This document shows, piece by piece, positions 1-12,095 of a DNA stretch of 44,814 nucleotides. The notes under the pieces were generated by a model. It worked only from the letters and a program-made list of their open reading frames with translations, was not told where the DNA came from and made no database searches. The position numbers were made by a program, and so were the translations under genes. The DNA lies in assembly GCA_900128395.1 (NCBI GenBank), contig LT649291.1, positions 1 through 44,814 on the forward strand, in the 5' to 3' direction. This stretch comes from Stramenopiles sp. TOSAG23-2. Taxonomy: Eukaryota. Position 1 is the first letter of the stretch. Every line of letters starts with the position of its first letter.

Positions 1-60
1 TTTACTCATGATAATTCCTACTCTTCAAAAGAATAAAATAACTGAAATAATCTATCTCAC
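1..60. repeat. Dispersed repeat copy 1 (may be truncated by window edge)
   Basis: TTTACTCATGATAATTCCTA-CTCTTCAAAAGAATAAAATAACTGA, similar to copies at 24524 and 36470. Confidence 0.75.
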
Positions 61-274
61 ACAAATGTGTTGATATTCTCATAATCGAAAATATCAATGA
101 AGGTAAATAGATAATATCAACTACTCATAATAAATATATCATCAATCCTACACTATAAATCCACCCGATGTGTATATGTAATTACGAACGTGCGAACGTG
201 CGTAGTTCGTAGATGCGTACATATAATTTCGAATAGCACAATACGATCATAAACACACCGATATATATATATAT

Positions 275-2776
275 TTACAAAAAAAATGAATTCAAATAAT
301 GTGATGATTCTATATCAACTGTTTTACTTTCAACAGTTTCATTTCTGTTGGTATCCGCTCCTTTTTCTGCTACATCATTTAGCAAATATGTACAACCTAT
401 CAATATGTGTACCTCATTTTCATTTACACCAGAATTTTTTAAAATCGTTGATACCATATGATTCACTTCAAATGTTGTTAAACCACCGATAATGAAGATA
501 AATAACACTTGTCTATCAAAGATTTTTAAACTATTTTTTTTCAATTTCTGAAGATGTGATTTTGTATCTGAAGACCCACCACCCCCGGCCATAGAAAAAA
601 ACCCACCCAATAATCCTGATATACTTTCTGTGACTGATGTTTCAGGGGCATTATAATCTTTTAACGTTTTTAGATCGTGTATTTTTGTTGGTTCAATATG
701 TTTATAGAACATTTCCAATAATCTACTTAAAATAGGTTGGTAGGTTCCATCATTGTTCTTAACATGCCTGAATTCATTTAAATGGCTTCGTGCCATATTT
801 ACAACTTGTAATATGTTTGTTAAAATAGTTGCTATATTAACAGCTGTAGCGTCATTACCACTCCTAATTATATTGTTATTGCTAGATTTTGTCTTGGTAT
901 TGGTACCCCACCCTTTTTCGTCATCGCTGTCGAATAAACCATCATCATCATTTTCTTCTTCCCATGCATTTGAACCCCTATTATTATTACCCCGAATCTT
1001 TCCTTCATTATTATCGTTACCGTCCTTAGCTGAAGTTATACCGTCATCGTTTCCCCAATCATCATCATCATCGTCCCAATCTAATGAGTCGTTATTTGCA
1101 ACGTTTAACGATGGTTTTGTATTAGTCGAACCCTTTCCATTTTCTTCGTGTTTCCCAGAGGAACTTGTTTGATTATCAATTCCCCAACCATCTTCATCAC
1201 CATCATCATCCCAATCTAATGAATCATTGTTTCTAATATTTAATGATTGTTTCGTATTTATTTCATCCCCACTACCTATTACTTTGCCAGTAGTATTATC
1301 GTTTTCACTATCATCATCGACACCGGCTAAATGCTTAATACCTGCTAGTGCACAGAATATGTTTAAGGTTTTACTTGATTTGACAAAAATGTCAATCAAA
1401 TTTGTTTTAATCAACTGAAAATGTTTATACGTCATTGACCCTGGGGGCAACAAAGATGCAGCACGCATCATCAGCATAAATATATTGAAAGGATGTATTT
1501 CTGTCCTGCTATTTATAATACTTTTTATTGCATCACATATCTGAGCTACAATGTCATCTGCATTTTCAGAATGCATTTGCATTTTTTCTAATACGTGAAT
1601 CTTTTCTTTTGTCATTGCATCTAATGTATTATTTTGATCATCCAACGACGATGGGGCCACGAGGTCTACCGTGCGGTCATATAATAACATTGATATTTTC
1701 TTCCGTTTCCCCATGTCTTCTGGTAATATTATGCCTTCTGGTCCATCTGTCAAATTCATAATGGTAGTTTCCCCTAAAATTTTTGCGCTGTGCTCGTGAC
1801 CGAGACAAAAAGAACTTTCACGTGGATCTAAATTTAATTGAGACATTATGCAAACTAAAATGTCAGATAAAATTTTAAAACCACATCGATGTTTCTCCGG
1901 GAAATCTTTGCTATTAATTGCATTCATATCATTACCATAATTACCTTGTATATGTTTTGGAAATATGTGAGGAAGTGCTGGAAACCATGATTTATTAAAT
2001 GGACTGTTGATTTCAAATATAGTATAAGACGATGATGACACATTTGTTCCATTATTGTCTGACAAAATGATCTTATCAATATTCAACGGGCGACAGTGCA
2101 TCGGGAAATATTGAATATTTATATTACATAAAATATTGCCATTGTTATTGCTGCTGCTATTTTCGTTTCTATTTGACATGATCTTATTTAATGCTTTTCG
2201 TGATAAATGTACTGCATATTCATCATATCGAAAAGAAGACGAATTAGTATCAAGATCATCGTCCATATGCCCTGGGTGTACACTGTCAACATTTTTCTGA
2301 ATGTCACTTCTCAAGCTCATATAAATGCCATGGCTTTTTTCAGAGACTATACTCAATATGGTAAATTTATCGTATACTATATATTTATCATCAAACATCG
2401 ATGTCATTGCATTTAAAAAATACGGTTCATAGGTCCACAAAAAATTTGAAACAAGAAAAATCAAATGGCGACCTTCTAACTTATTATTGTTGTTATTGTT
2501 ATTACTACTATTATTATTGCTAGTATAAAATGGCCGTAAACCATCCAACTGATTAATTTTCATCGCTGATGTGTGCGCTTGATCGAAAATGGCGAAATCT
2601 ACAACGTTAGTAACTCCAAGACTATATAGAAAGTCTAGACCACCAATACATTCCAGTGTTTTCCCGACTTCGTTATCAATAACAAATATACTATGTTTTA
2701 ATTGTCCTTTTGCAACTAAATTAAAAAATGCACGTTGGCATAATCCAATTAAATCAAATGGCTTTTTGGATGTCAT
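275..2776 (-). CDS. Sec1/Munc18-family protein, SCFD2/MIP3-like, with acidic Trp-rich insertion
   Basis: Sec1-type motifs LLYDRTVDLVAP and C-terminal LFIFIIGGLTTFEV...ILIGCTYLL. N-terminal IFVIDNEVGKTLECIGGLDFLYSLGV resembles SCFD2/MIP3. The track start at 2812 is TTG; the first ATG is at 2776. Confidence 0.7.
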   Translation of the reverse strand: MTSKKPFDLIGLCQRAFFNLVAKGQLKHSIFVIDNEVGKTLECIGGLDFLYSLGVTNVVDFAIFDQAHTSAMKINQLDGLRPFYTSNNNSSNNNNNNNKLEGRHLIFLVSNFLWTYEPYFLNAMTSMFDDKYIVYDKFTILSIVSEKSHGIYMSLRSDIQKNVDSVHPGHMDDDLDTNSSSFRYDEYAVHLSRKALNKIMSNRNENSSSNNNGNILCNINIQYFPMHCRPLNIDKIILSDNNGTNVSSSSYTIFEINSPFNKSWFPALPHIFPKHIQGNYGNDMNAINSKDFPEKHRCGFKILSDILVCIMSQLNLDPRESSFCLGHEHSAKILGETTIMNLTDGPEGIILPEDMGKRKKISMLLYDRTVDLVAPSSLDDQNNTLDAMTKEKIHVLEKMQMHSENADDIVAQICDAIKSIINSRTEIHPFNIFMLMMRAASLLPPGSMTYKHFQLIKTNLIDIFVKSSKTLNIFCALAGIKHLAGVDDDSENDNTTGKVIGSGDEINTKQSLNIRNNDSLDWDDDGDEDGWGIDNQTSSSGKHEENGKGSTNTKPSLNVANNDSLDWDDDDDDWGNDDGITSAKDGNDNNEGKIRGNNNRGSNAWEEENDDDGLFDSDDEKGWGTNTKTKSSNNNIIRSGNDATAVNIATILTNILQVVNMARSHLNEFRHVKNNDGTYQPILSRLLEMFYKHIEPTKIHDLKTLKDYNAPETSVTESISGLLGGFFSMAGGGGSSDTKSHLQKLKKNSLKIFDRQVLFIFIIGGLTTFEVNHMVSTILKNSGVNENEVHILIGCTYLLNDVAEKGADTNRNETVESKTVDIESSHYLNSFFL

Positions 2777-3412
2777 TAAAATAATCAATTTATACCGCCG
2801 TGTACCGTTCAATCCTCGTTAATATAATATTGTTTTGTTACTATGCTGTATATTATAATACAATAACATATTCTGTATACACATGTTTTTTAAATTTTTA
2901 TTATTTAAATAATAATTTCAAGAAATAAATAATAATAATAATAATTATTAGAAGAAAGAAGATCTTCTTATTACTACATAAAAGTTTTAATTATTATTAT
3001 GATGAATGTGCCATTATTTCAAATTATTATTTCATCACAATCAATATCTTTTCGACTAAAAAATATTTAGTAGTCGTCTATAGTAGATCTATACTAGAAT
3101 ACTTGGTAGCACCTATTATTTTTTTTTATGTATATATTTTTTTTTTTCCAAAAAAAAAAGAAGAAGGGCCGAGGATGTGATTACTATACAGTATTAGTAT
3201 GATGTAAGAATATCGGTTAAGGTTTTCTAAATTTGGATTTCCAGATATCCGCCGAGATTAATAGGCAAGCTGGCAAGCCCAGCAAAGCCGGGCAAGCGGT
3301 TAAGCCGCCAGCCGCCAATGCACAAAATTTTGATGTCTTCTTTGCATAACGCGTGTACACTCTAGATTTAATATAATAAAAAAGTTTATATTTTATAAAT
3401 ACCACTTATCAA

Positions 3413-4759
3413 CTATGGACTCCAGGTTGGTATGGAATCATATGCGATACCATCAATTGGATCAATTTCTTGACCAAATTTAACTAACGGGGGAGGTAAA
3501 CCTTGTAAAGCTTTGACATCCACCGATGGTAAATTACGAACAATGTATGGGGATATCAGGGGATTCCCTGAAGCACCTCTTCCATGAGATGGAATCTTAT
3601 AGTTCGCTGCGCGGCGTTTTATTTTTCTAATTCGTGTTTGAGTTCTAGCTGAATGTTGCAGTACTGTTGATAATCCTTTTCCCTTTAATCCTTCATTGTT
3701 TTCTATTAATTTTGATGAAATATTTTTTGATATTCGTGGAGAAGTTTTTAATGATGCTAAGTTTCTTAATTTGACATTGTTGTTTGTCGTGCTATTGTTA
3801 ATATTATTATTGCTACTATTGCTACTATTTGTATTACTACTTATGCTTCCAGATGTTCTACTACTTATGCTGCCTTTACTATTCGTACTGATACATAATT
3901 CCAAATCAACGGATGCCATTTTACCTACTGAAGGCCTTAAAGGACTTAATCTATTTGTTTTTATCATATGTGCATCACGTGTTATTAAAATACAATTTGG
4001 CCTTGGTTTACCATTATTATGATAGATATTTGGATGGATAATTTTAGCATCCTTGTCAGGTTTATGGAAGCGTTCCCAAGCCTGTGCACGGATACTTGTC
4101 CCCACGGTCATAGCTTCTATAGTTGTATCCAGTATACCTTGAATACGAGGGAAAAAATTCTCTAGTAAAAAAAAATCTGCTGTACAAATCCTACCTTGTT
4201 TGTCTTTTAAAGCCAATTCAATTGTCGGCAAAAGTGCTATCAAATATTGTGTTGTCCCGTAAAAAATTAATGGTTTATTCTCGTCCGTGGACACAGCTAG
4301 CTGTTGCAAAAATCCACCACTTTCTAATAAAGGCTTTATCTCTAAATTGGCTTCATTAATCTCAATATTAACGTTAGCTTGCCCCTCCTTCTGCGATAAC
4401 CTAACGCCAAAAGGCGTCATTTGCCGTCTACCAGTAAAGCCGCTATGGTCAAATATACCTTGTGCTCTAAATGCTTTAGTTGAAAAAAATATTTTTTCCT
4501 CTTTCTCTTTATTTATTTTACCACCCCCGAATGATAACTTTGCAAATTTTTGACAGAAACGGCTACCAGCCCCATGCGACGTAGGCGATTTCTTTATAGA
4601 TTTTATACCACTTTTTCGTTCTTCTTCCTTCCGCTTTAAATATGATGCTTTACGCCTTTTAAAGTGTTCTTCGCCCGATCGCATTGCACTAGCACCATCA
4701 CTCCAATCAATATCTCTAGCCCATGCAAACGTTTCCGTAGCTTCCGTCAACCGTGTCAT
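3413..4759 (-). CDS. Hypothetical protein, possibly with a degenerate helicase C-terminal-like domain
   Basis: 448-aa ATG ORF in coding-like sequence, with a central globular segment and an Asn/Ser low-complexity tract. Confidence 0.65.
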   Translation of the reverse strand: MTRLTEATETFAWARDIDWSDGASAMRSGEEHFKRRKASYLKRKEEERKSGIKSIKKSPTSHGAGSRFCQKFAKLSFGGGKINKEKEEKIFFSTKAFRAQGIFDHSGFTGRRQMTPFGVRLSQKEGQANVNIEINEANLEIKPLLESGGFLQQLAVSTDENKPLIFYGTTQYLIALLPTIELALKDKQGRICTADFFLLENFFPRIQGILDTTIEAMTVGTSIRAQAWERFHKPDKDAKIIHPNIYHNNGKPRPNCILITRDAHMIKTNRLSPLRPSVGKMASVDLELCISTNSKGSISSRTSGSISSNTNSSNSSNNNINNSTTNNNVKLRNLASLKTSPRISKNISSKLIENNEGLKGKGLSTVLQHSARTQTRIRKIKRRAANYKIPSHGRGASGNPLISPYIVRNLPSVDVKALQGLPPPLVKFGQEIDPIDGIAYDSIPTWSP

Positions 4760-5323
4760 ATTTGAAATGTTTAACTAGGCCAAGTGGGATGTTTCAGTGT
4801 GTAAGAAGTACTTACTAGATATGGATTTGCTTTGAATTTTCAGTATTAATTCAATTACTAGTGATGTATAATAGTTAATAGCACAATGATGTGAAGAAAG
4901 AAGATAATTATAATAATAATAATAATAATTAATTAATTAATAATAATAATAAAAAAAAAAATAACACAGTAGAAGAAGAGAAGAAGTCCTGGAAGTCCAG
5001 AAATAAAAAAGTAGTAGTTTATTAATTAATATTAATTATTATTGATATAATAGTACTAATATTATAGCACTATACCTCGTACAGCTACTTATTGTTACCA
5101 AGTATTGTGCTATTAGGCAAAAAAGGCTGTATTCTGTGATTCTGTGTGCTATCCCTATAGTGCTATATTTTTTTAATTTGCTAATTGCAATATTTCGAAA
5201 TTGCTACTTGCTATATTAATACTTACTGTAGTACGTATAACTTGGAGCCTTGCAATTTGCTATTATTAGAATTATATGCATGATGCTATTATGCTATTAT
5301 GCTATTATACGTGGACAATTAGA

Positions 5324-5346
5324 TAGAGCTAGCCAGGCTAGCTCTA
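5324..5346. repeat. Palindrome with 11-bp arms
   Basis: TAGAGCTAGCC-A-GGCTAGCTCTA. Confidence 0.8.
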
Positions 5347-5589
5347 GCTCTATAGTATAAGTACACTTTGCTATAATATATAAATAAAAAACACACAGAC
5401 TTACTATATTTTAGAAATTAAAAAGAGTACCTGTGGAGAGTAATAGGCAAAACATAAAATTCACCCCAAACTTTCCACCTTCCACTTCCCACTTCTCTAT
5501 ATTTTTCTGTTGTTGTATTGATATATGCAACAAGCATATATATCTTTTATTGTTGCAATTTACAATTCAACTTTTATACTTTATACCCT

Positions 5590-6873
5590 CTACTTTCCAA
5601 CAAAATACAACATTATATCCATTTCAATTTGTCTACCATATGACCCTAATTTCCACCAATTAAAATTGCGTATGATGGTTTTTAATTGTTGAAAATTCAA
5701 TGAATTAACATTTCTACTATTAATGATGTTGTTGCTATTGCTACTGTATTTTGATACTAAATATGATGTATATGGCACAACAACAGTCATTAGATCACGT
5801 ATGTCTTGAAATTCATCACCATTTGCAATATCTTTTGGTGGCGTTGATATTAAATAATCAGCTAATGATGATGTTGAAATATGTTGAAAAAATAAGCGAC
5901 GTTGTTTTACAGACATTGAATGAAAGTCAAATGAAACTGTATTGTCATATGTTTCATCATTTTGAACATTGCTAAATATGTACCTCCATTGATTTATATT
6001 CCATTTTCTTAAACTATTCATTACTTCCTGATCCATTGCAAATGATTCATTAGTATGATTAAAGACGATTGCACTATTTGCCGATGTTAAACCATTGAGA
6101 TTATTATTGTGAATATTATCAACATCTGCTATCATGTTATTATTACTGTTTTCATTATTATTTACATTTTTTTCCTTTCTGTTTTTATCCTTAGTGGTAG
6201 AATCATTGCCATAAATTGTGTAGTTTTCCCTATTCTCTAAAGATTCTAGATATTGTTCAACAGTCATTGATGATTCCTTGCTATTGTTTTCGTTAGCATC
6301 AGATGGAATAGTTTGAAATTTGAATGTTTCTCCTAAAGAATAGCTATATGATGGGAGAATTAATTTTTCAATATCTGTATCAGAAATATTCAAATTTGGT
6401 CGCATCCAACACATTTGCAAGCTTAGATTATTGCTGCCATTTGTAATTTCATCTGGGGTCATATAAATGCGGTGAGTAGACGGGGTTTGCAATGATGTTG
6501 ATACGTCTTTATCTTCATCATCCAGTAAATCTACTACACGATCAAAATCTGGATTCGCAAGAGACGAACTACTACTGCTGCTGCTACTACTACTAGTAGT
6601 AGTAGTAGTTGTTGTTGTTGTTGTTGAAGATAATTTCATTTTTTTTACAGCACTTTTTTCCGTCTGAAAACTATTTTTATAATCACCATTCTTAGAGCGA
6701 TTCTTCTTCTTATTATTATTTGCCTTAGATAATATACTTTGAAATTCTGCTGGCATTAAGCTTGCTAAAGATAACTTCCCTCCGTTGTTGCTGCTGTTAT
6801 TTTTCTTCTTCGTATTATTGGTATTATGATTATTATTATTTTGCATCACTACGTCGTTCCATGTTGTTTCCAT
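5590..6873 (-). CDS. Hypothetical protein with poly-Asn/Thr/Ser tracts
   Basis: 427-aa ATG ORF flanked by AT-rich spacers. No family recognised. Confidence 0.6.
   Translation of the reverse strand: METTWNDVVMQNNNNHNTNNTKKKNNSSNNGGKLSLASLMPAEFQSILSKANNNKKKNRSKNGDYKNSFQTEKSAVKKMKLSSTTTTTTTTTTSSSSSSSSSSSLANPDFDRVVDLLDDEDKDVSTSLQTPSTHRIYMTPDEITNGSNNLSLQMCWMRPNLNISDTDIEKLILPSYSYSLGETFKFQTIPSDANENNSKESSMTVEQYLESLENRENYTIYGNDSTTKDKNRKEKNVNNNENSNNNMIADVDNIHNNNLNGLTSANSAIVFNHTNESFAMDQEVMNSLRKWNINQWRYIFSNVQNDETYDNTVSFDFHSMSVKQRRLFFQHISTSSLADYLISTPPKDIANGDEFQDIRDLMTVVVPYTSYLVSKYSSNSNNIINSRNVNSLNFQQLKTIIRNFNWWKLGSYGRQIEMDIMLYFVGK
6567..6625. repeat. Compound coding trinucleotide microsatellite (poly-Thr/poly-Ser)
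   Basis: Consecutive (ACT)n, (GCT)n, (AGT)n and (TGT)n runs. Confidence 0.85.
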
Positions 6874-7672
6874 GCTGTTTTATATAATTATTACTATTAT
6901 TAGTGGCTTAATATAATCGGTATACGCATACAGTGACTTGGTATTACAATGATGACAAAAATAATATTATTTGTTGACGTACTAGTATATATATGTACGT
7001 ATGTATCTATATATCTGTATATTGTATATATCTTATTATATGTTGTTCATTTCTTTTCTTTTTCTTTTCTCTACTAAATTATTAAATAATAATTAGTTTC
7101 TATGTTACCTGGGTAATGTATTTTATACTAGAGTATATTTTGAAATTATTCATCATCTACGCGTAAAATCCCTTAATCTAGATTTAAACATGTACTGATT
7201 ACTGATTAATTAGTATTATACTTAATAATAAGACCACAAAGCTAAAGCGATGCGTCAATACTATACCTGGTGTAGTGCACACCAGCACAGCAGAAGAAAT
7301 AATTATTCAAATAATAATGGCCGTATTTCAACAAATAATAATAATAAATAATAAGCACATAATATACCTGTATAGTAGTGTGCAATCTGGCAATCCAGCA
7401 ATAAGAAGCACATCATCAGAGGAGTGCCATAATTTTAAAATAAATAAAATATTTATTATCTTAACACAGATCATATACTGTCTTCTGTAGTATAGCAATA
7501 TATATATATATATCAACAGGAAGATATTTACAACACACAAAGAAGAACAATATAACAGTCACTATAGTATTGAAAGAAGAATATATACATATATCTTACT
7601 TTATATTGAGTGATATAAATAAATTATTAATATATACAATATCATATACATCAAAATAAATTTAATACTAAG

Positions 7673-8764
7673 ATGGCTGCTTGGAATAGTAATAGTATAC
7701 ACCATCGATATGAAGACATGTACAGTAATAATAATGTGGATGATACAGCTGAATTTTCCTCTGATATATCCGACTCAGAAGATGATATTGAATCGTGGAT
7801 ATCATGGTATTGTGGATTAAAAGGTAATGAATTTTTTTGTGAGGTTGAAGAGTCATTTATACAAGACGCGTTTAATCTATCAGGACTCAGTTCACAAGTG
7901 CCTTTTTTTGACCTTGCGTTAGATATCATACAAGATTTAGAAAGTCCAGAAGAGGAAAACCTTGGTGCAGACCAAAAAGATATGGTGGAAAATGCTGCGG
8001 AAATGCTATATGGTTTAATACATGCACGGTATTTATTGACGTCACGGGGCATGTATGCTATGCGAGAGAAATTTGCCGCTGTTGATTTTGGACGTTGCCA
8101 TCGTGTATATTGTGAAGGCCAACCTGTGCTGCCCATAGGTCAATCGGATGTATTGCGTCATACAACTGTTAATATTTTTTGTCCTAAATGTAAAGAAATC
8201 TATTTCCCTAAATCAAGTAGGCATGGAAATATTGATGGGGCATATTTTGGCACTACATTTCCTCATTTGTTTTTAATGACGTTTCCACAATTAGCTGTAG
8301 ATAATGAGCCTGATAGTCATTTCGTCCCAAAAATATATGGATTTAAAATACATTCATCCAGTCCATATTATAATTCAAAGCAAGAATTAAAGGATCGTCG
8401 GGAACGGAAGAAAAAAAATCGTAAAAACAAAAATAGTAATAGTCACAATAATAAACGAAGTGGTAGCAGTGGAGGTAATAATAACAACAGCAGCAATGCT
8501 AATAATAAAGACAGGATTGGGCCTAATGATGATGGGGAAAATACGAAAAATACCAAACAAACGTTGAGTGGTGGTCTTGGGGATTTAACAATTGATAAAA
8601 ATGACGATGTTGATTCTTCAATAATAAATGATAAAGTAAATAATAATGGCAGGAGTACAAATAGTAGCGGTGGTGCTAATGAAGAAATATTACCAGTTGG
8701 CCAGAAAGATACTGTTGGTGATAATGTAATGACAGATGAAAATGCAGGTGCGATGAAGAAGTAA
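7673..8764 (+). CDS. CSNK2B: Casein kinase II regulatory (beta) subunit
   Basis: [41 protein letters not shown], zinc ribbon CHRVYC...[18 protein letters not shown]. Long low-complexity C-tail. Confidence 0.97.
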   Translation: MAAWNSNSIHHRYEDMYSNNNVDDTAEFSSDISDSEDDIESWISWYCGLKGNEFFCEVEESFIQDAFNLSGLSSQVPFFDLALDIIQDLESPEEENLGADQKDMVENAAEMLYGLIHARYLLTSRGMYAMREKFAAVDFGRCHRVYCEGQPVLPIGQSDVLRHTTVNIFCPKCKEIYFPKSSRHGNIDGAYFGTTFPHLFLMTFPQLAVDNEPDSHFVPKIYGFKIHSSSPYYNSKQELKDRRERKKKNRKNKNSNSHNNKRSGSSGGNNNNSSNANNKDRIGPNDDGENTKNTKQTLSGGLGDLTIDKNDDVDSSIINDKVNNNGRSTNSSGGANEEILPVGQKDTVGDNVMTDENAGAMKK

Positions 8765-9073
8765 AAAATAAAGAACAAAATTTTTATAATATAATATATA
8801 TATACGAACCGTTTGTATTTTTATAAAAAATATTTGATGCTATGATACTAAAAAATATATAATGTGTGGGTGAAAAAATATTATGTGTGTGTGTGTGCGT
8901 TCATTTCGTACGAAGAAGGAGGAGTTCGTAAATTTTATCTTTAATCAATTAAAAAAATATAGACACTCATATTATTCATATTTTTAATAATGCAATTAAA
9001 AAGTATATCAGATTATGCATATGTATATATATATATTTTTTTAATACGAGCGTAATATGATACGGTTCGTATT

Positions 9074-9910
9074 TTATGATGCTTTCTTCTTTTTAAAAGG
9101 TTTATCTTCTCGAAATGTTCCATATATACGATCCCAAAACATAGTATACTGACTGTAATTGATTTCAAATGGTGCTAAGCTGTGATGGATATCATGATAT
9201 TTCACACCTATCAATCCAGGTATCAATATGTTTAAACGTGTATGATTCACTGTCGCAATTGTACCACCAATCAACATAAATGCAACAATTGTACCAATAT
9301 ATATAGTACCTACATATTTACAGTACAACATAATCGATATTAAATGCATATATTCACCAGAAACAAATTCAATTGGGTGAACATTAATTGCATCGTCATT
9401 TCCACGGGTTGGTATCATTTGTCGATGATGGTGTTTGTGTATATATGGGTATAATGGCGGCCAATGCAATAGACGATGAAATGGTTGATATATCATATCA
9501 TACAATAGAAATAGTAAAGGTACAGGCAATACCGTATTAACAATAGAGCAATGCATCATATCCCATTTCACGGATTTACTGAACCAACTAAACCGAAATA
9601 AATGATACATAAAGACTGGTACCATCATTTTGCTAAAGGTTATGTATAATCTACAACGTAAATCCAATACGTCTAAGTGTTTTCCTCGACGTGGTATATC
9701 CCGTGGTATTTTCAAAACATGATCACATACAAACGGCAATAAGTGATTTAAATACAACTCGAAACCTGCTAGTGATATAAACGCCAATAAAAAAATTTGA
9801 TAATATTGAAATGTTTTTGGGAACTCATTTTCAGGTGTCTTGGAGTCATCATATGTTGAGTAAAAAAAGTCAATTAATGATATTTTATGTTGAGTAATAT
9901 TAGATGTCAT
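9074..9910 (-). CDS. Fatty acid hydroxylase/sterol desaturase superfamily protein (ERG3/ERG25-like)
   Basis: His boxes HRLLH, HKHHH and HDIHH, plus NYSQYTMFWDRIYGT, TM segments and a C-terminal KKKKAS dilysine-like signal. Likely start is MTSNI at 9910; the in-frame upstream ATG at 10033 lies in AT-rich sequence. Confidence 0.88.
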   Translation of the reverse strand: MTSNITQHKISLIDFFYSTYDDSKTPENEFPKTFQYYQIFLLAFISLAGFELYLNHLLPFVCDHVLKIPRDIPRRGKHLDVLDLRCRLYITFSKMMVPVFMYHLFRFSWFSKSVKWDMMHCSIVNTVLPVPLLFLLYDMIYQPFHRLLHWPPLYPYIHKHHHRQMIPTRGNDDAINVHPIEFVSGEYMHLISIMLYCKYVGTIYIGTIVAFMLIGGTIATVNHTRLNILIPGLIGVKYHDIHHSLAPFEINYSQYTMFWDRIYGTFREDKPFKKKKAS

Positions 9911-10671
9911 TTTATTTTTTATCAACGTATTTCTTCTTTTTGAAGATGTAATGTGCAGAATATTGGTTAATATATATTTAATACTGCATCCGATAATATT
10001 AGATAAATATATATATGTCATGTATATATTCAATACTGTATAATAATTCTAATAATAGTTGTTGGTTGTAATATTTGTATTTGTATTATTGTTGGATGGC
10101 CAGGATGGCGGCTGGATGGCACTTTTCTTGTCAGCTTGCTGGGCTAAAATAATAAATAAGGCTTTTTCTCCCTGTGTGGCTATGCCATTGCCATTCCGTG
10201 TATATTTTGTTACACCTTAATCTACTTCCGAGACTTTTAAGGGACACAGATTTTTATTTATTTATTATTTATTTTACCTGTATAGATACATCCACTAAAG
10301 CACTATAAAATATCATTTCACAATCTTCTAAATCATATTCTCTTCTTCTTGATGAATTATTATATATCATCTATATATCATACTGTATATATATAATTTG
10401 TTACGTATATATATATATATATATATACATATATTATTATTATTATGTAACAATCAATAAGAACGCAAAACAAAAAAAAGCATTTCATCATATATATAAA
10501 ACAAATTCAGTTCCGCTAATCAAGACATATACATCGCGTATATCTACATATATCTTGATATATATAGATATATAGATATATAATTAAAAAAATATCTATA
10601 TACAGTTAAAATAATATATATAGAATATTATATATATATATATATATATAGTTTTTAATAATAACATTGGT

Positions 10672-11658
10672 ATGAATTTTGTGGCGCAAGAAAATGATGG
10701 AATCGATTCTATGACATCTGCGCAAATTATGGAAGAAGGTAAACGGGTCATACAAGGATTTTTAAAGAATCATACCTGTTATGATTTAATACCACGAAGT
10801 GGTAAAGTTATTGTGTTTGATGTCGATATACCAGTAAAACTTGCATTTTATGCATTAGTGGAACACGGAGTTGCATCTGCGCCTTTATTAGATCCAGCAA
10901 CAAATAAATTTGTGGGGATGTTTACTGCCACTGATTTCATTGAAATTATACGATATTTTTATAAACGTGGCTCATTTACAGACGCCTTAACAGATTATAG
11001 TGTACATGCATGGAGATCTATGCAACAAGATAAAAAATCAAATCAAGTTATACCAGGTATGATCAGTTTACCAACAACTGGTACTTTGTATGATGCATGT
11101 TTAAAATTGCGTATGTATAGGATTCATAGAGTGCCGATAATGCACCCACATCAAAACTCTGTCCTAGGAATTGCTTCTCACTTAGATGTCTTAAAATATT
11201 TAGTCGCACGATTTCAAGAGCAACGAAGACTTTTTGACCAATGTATTTTCGATCTTAAAATTGGACGTTTTCAAAATGTAATCACAGCAACAAATGAAAC
11301 CCCTTTAATTGATGTTTTAGATGCATTGGCTGAAAATAGAATTTCTTCTGTGCCCATATTAGATTCAAAAGATGGCACGCTGGTAGATATATATTGTTCT
11401 AATTATGTTACTTATTTAGGAAAAGATTCTCTTTTGAATTATTTAAAACGACCGGTTGGTAAAATATTAGAAGAAGCTCGAGCAACGAAAGATTTTGGAG
11501 ACCTTCAACCTGTACATACATGCAATAAAATGGGTTCTTTGCATACCATATTCCAGACATTTGCAATAGCAAAATCACATCGTTTAGTATGTATTGATAA
11601 AAATAATCGATGTGATGGAATTGTAACATTGAGTGATTTATTAAATTATTTTTTATAA
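10672..11658 (+). CDS. SNF4: AMP-activated protein kinase gamma subunit (SNF4-like, 4 CBS domains)
   Basis: HTCYDLIPRSGKVIVFDVDIPVKLAFYALVEHGVASAPL, FVGMFTATDFI, IHRVPI, ISSVPI, HRLVCID...GIVTLSDLL. Confidence 0.93.
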   Translation: MNFVAQENDGIDSMTSAQIMEEGKRVIQGFLKNHTCYDLIPRSGKVIVFDVDIPVKLAFYALVEHGVASAPLLDPATNKFVGMFTATDFIEIIRYFYKRGSFTDALTDYSVHAWRSMQQDKKSNQVIPGMISLPTTGTLYDACLKLRMYRIHRVPIMHPHQNSVLGIASHLDVLKYLVARFQEQRRLFDQCIFDLKIGRFQNVITATNETPLIDVLDALAENRISSVPILDSKDGTLVDIYCSNYVTYLGKDSLLNYLKRPVGKILEEARATKDFGDLQPVHTCNKMGSLHTIFQTFAIAKSHRLVCIDKNNRCDGIVTLSDLLNYFL

Positions 11659-12095
11659 AAAAAAACATTCAAAAAGAAAATTATTCTAAGTAAATAATAT
11701 ATATATATAGATATTAAGACCGGACAATCTGCTGTATGTCAAAGAGGAGTGACGGGGATAAGCTAAAATGACTAATGAGATATGAGGATATGAGAACATA
11801 TATAACACATATGTAAAATGTAAATACATGTGTACATATGGTTTATGCTTCTATTAATAGTATACAACTATTTCGTACTATGTAGAATATATAACAACAA
11901 CAAGCAATTTTAATAATAACTACCACCAGTATTATTATTATTTAAAACAACAAAAAGATACAATTCGAACAATATATTTTATATTATCCAGTTATGTTAT
12001 ATTATATTAAATATTTACATTATACATATACATACACAAAATAAACAATATATTCAATTATTATAATTTAAATTATTACAATATTTCAAATCATC

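Noticed and set aside
5425-5445. Minus-strand CTCCACAG acceptor-like site downstream of the 5590 gene
   Set aside because: No convincing donor was found and only a few codons would follow.
10400-10650. (AT)n runs and other simple repeats in spacers
   Set aside because: Ordinary microsatellites for an AT-rich genome.
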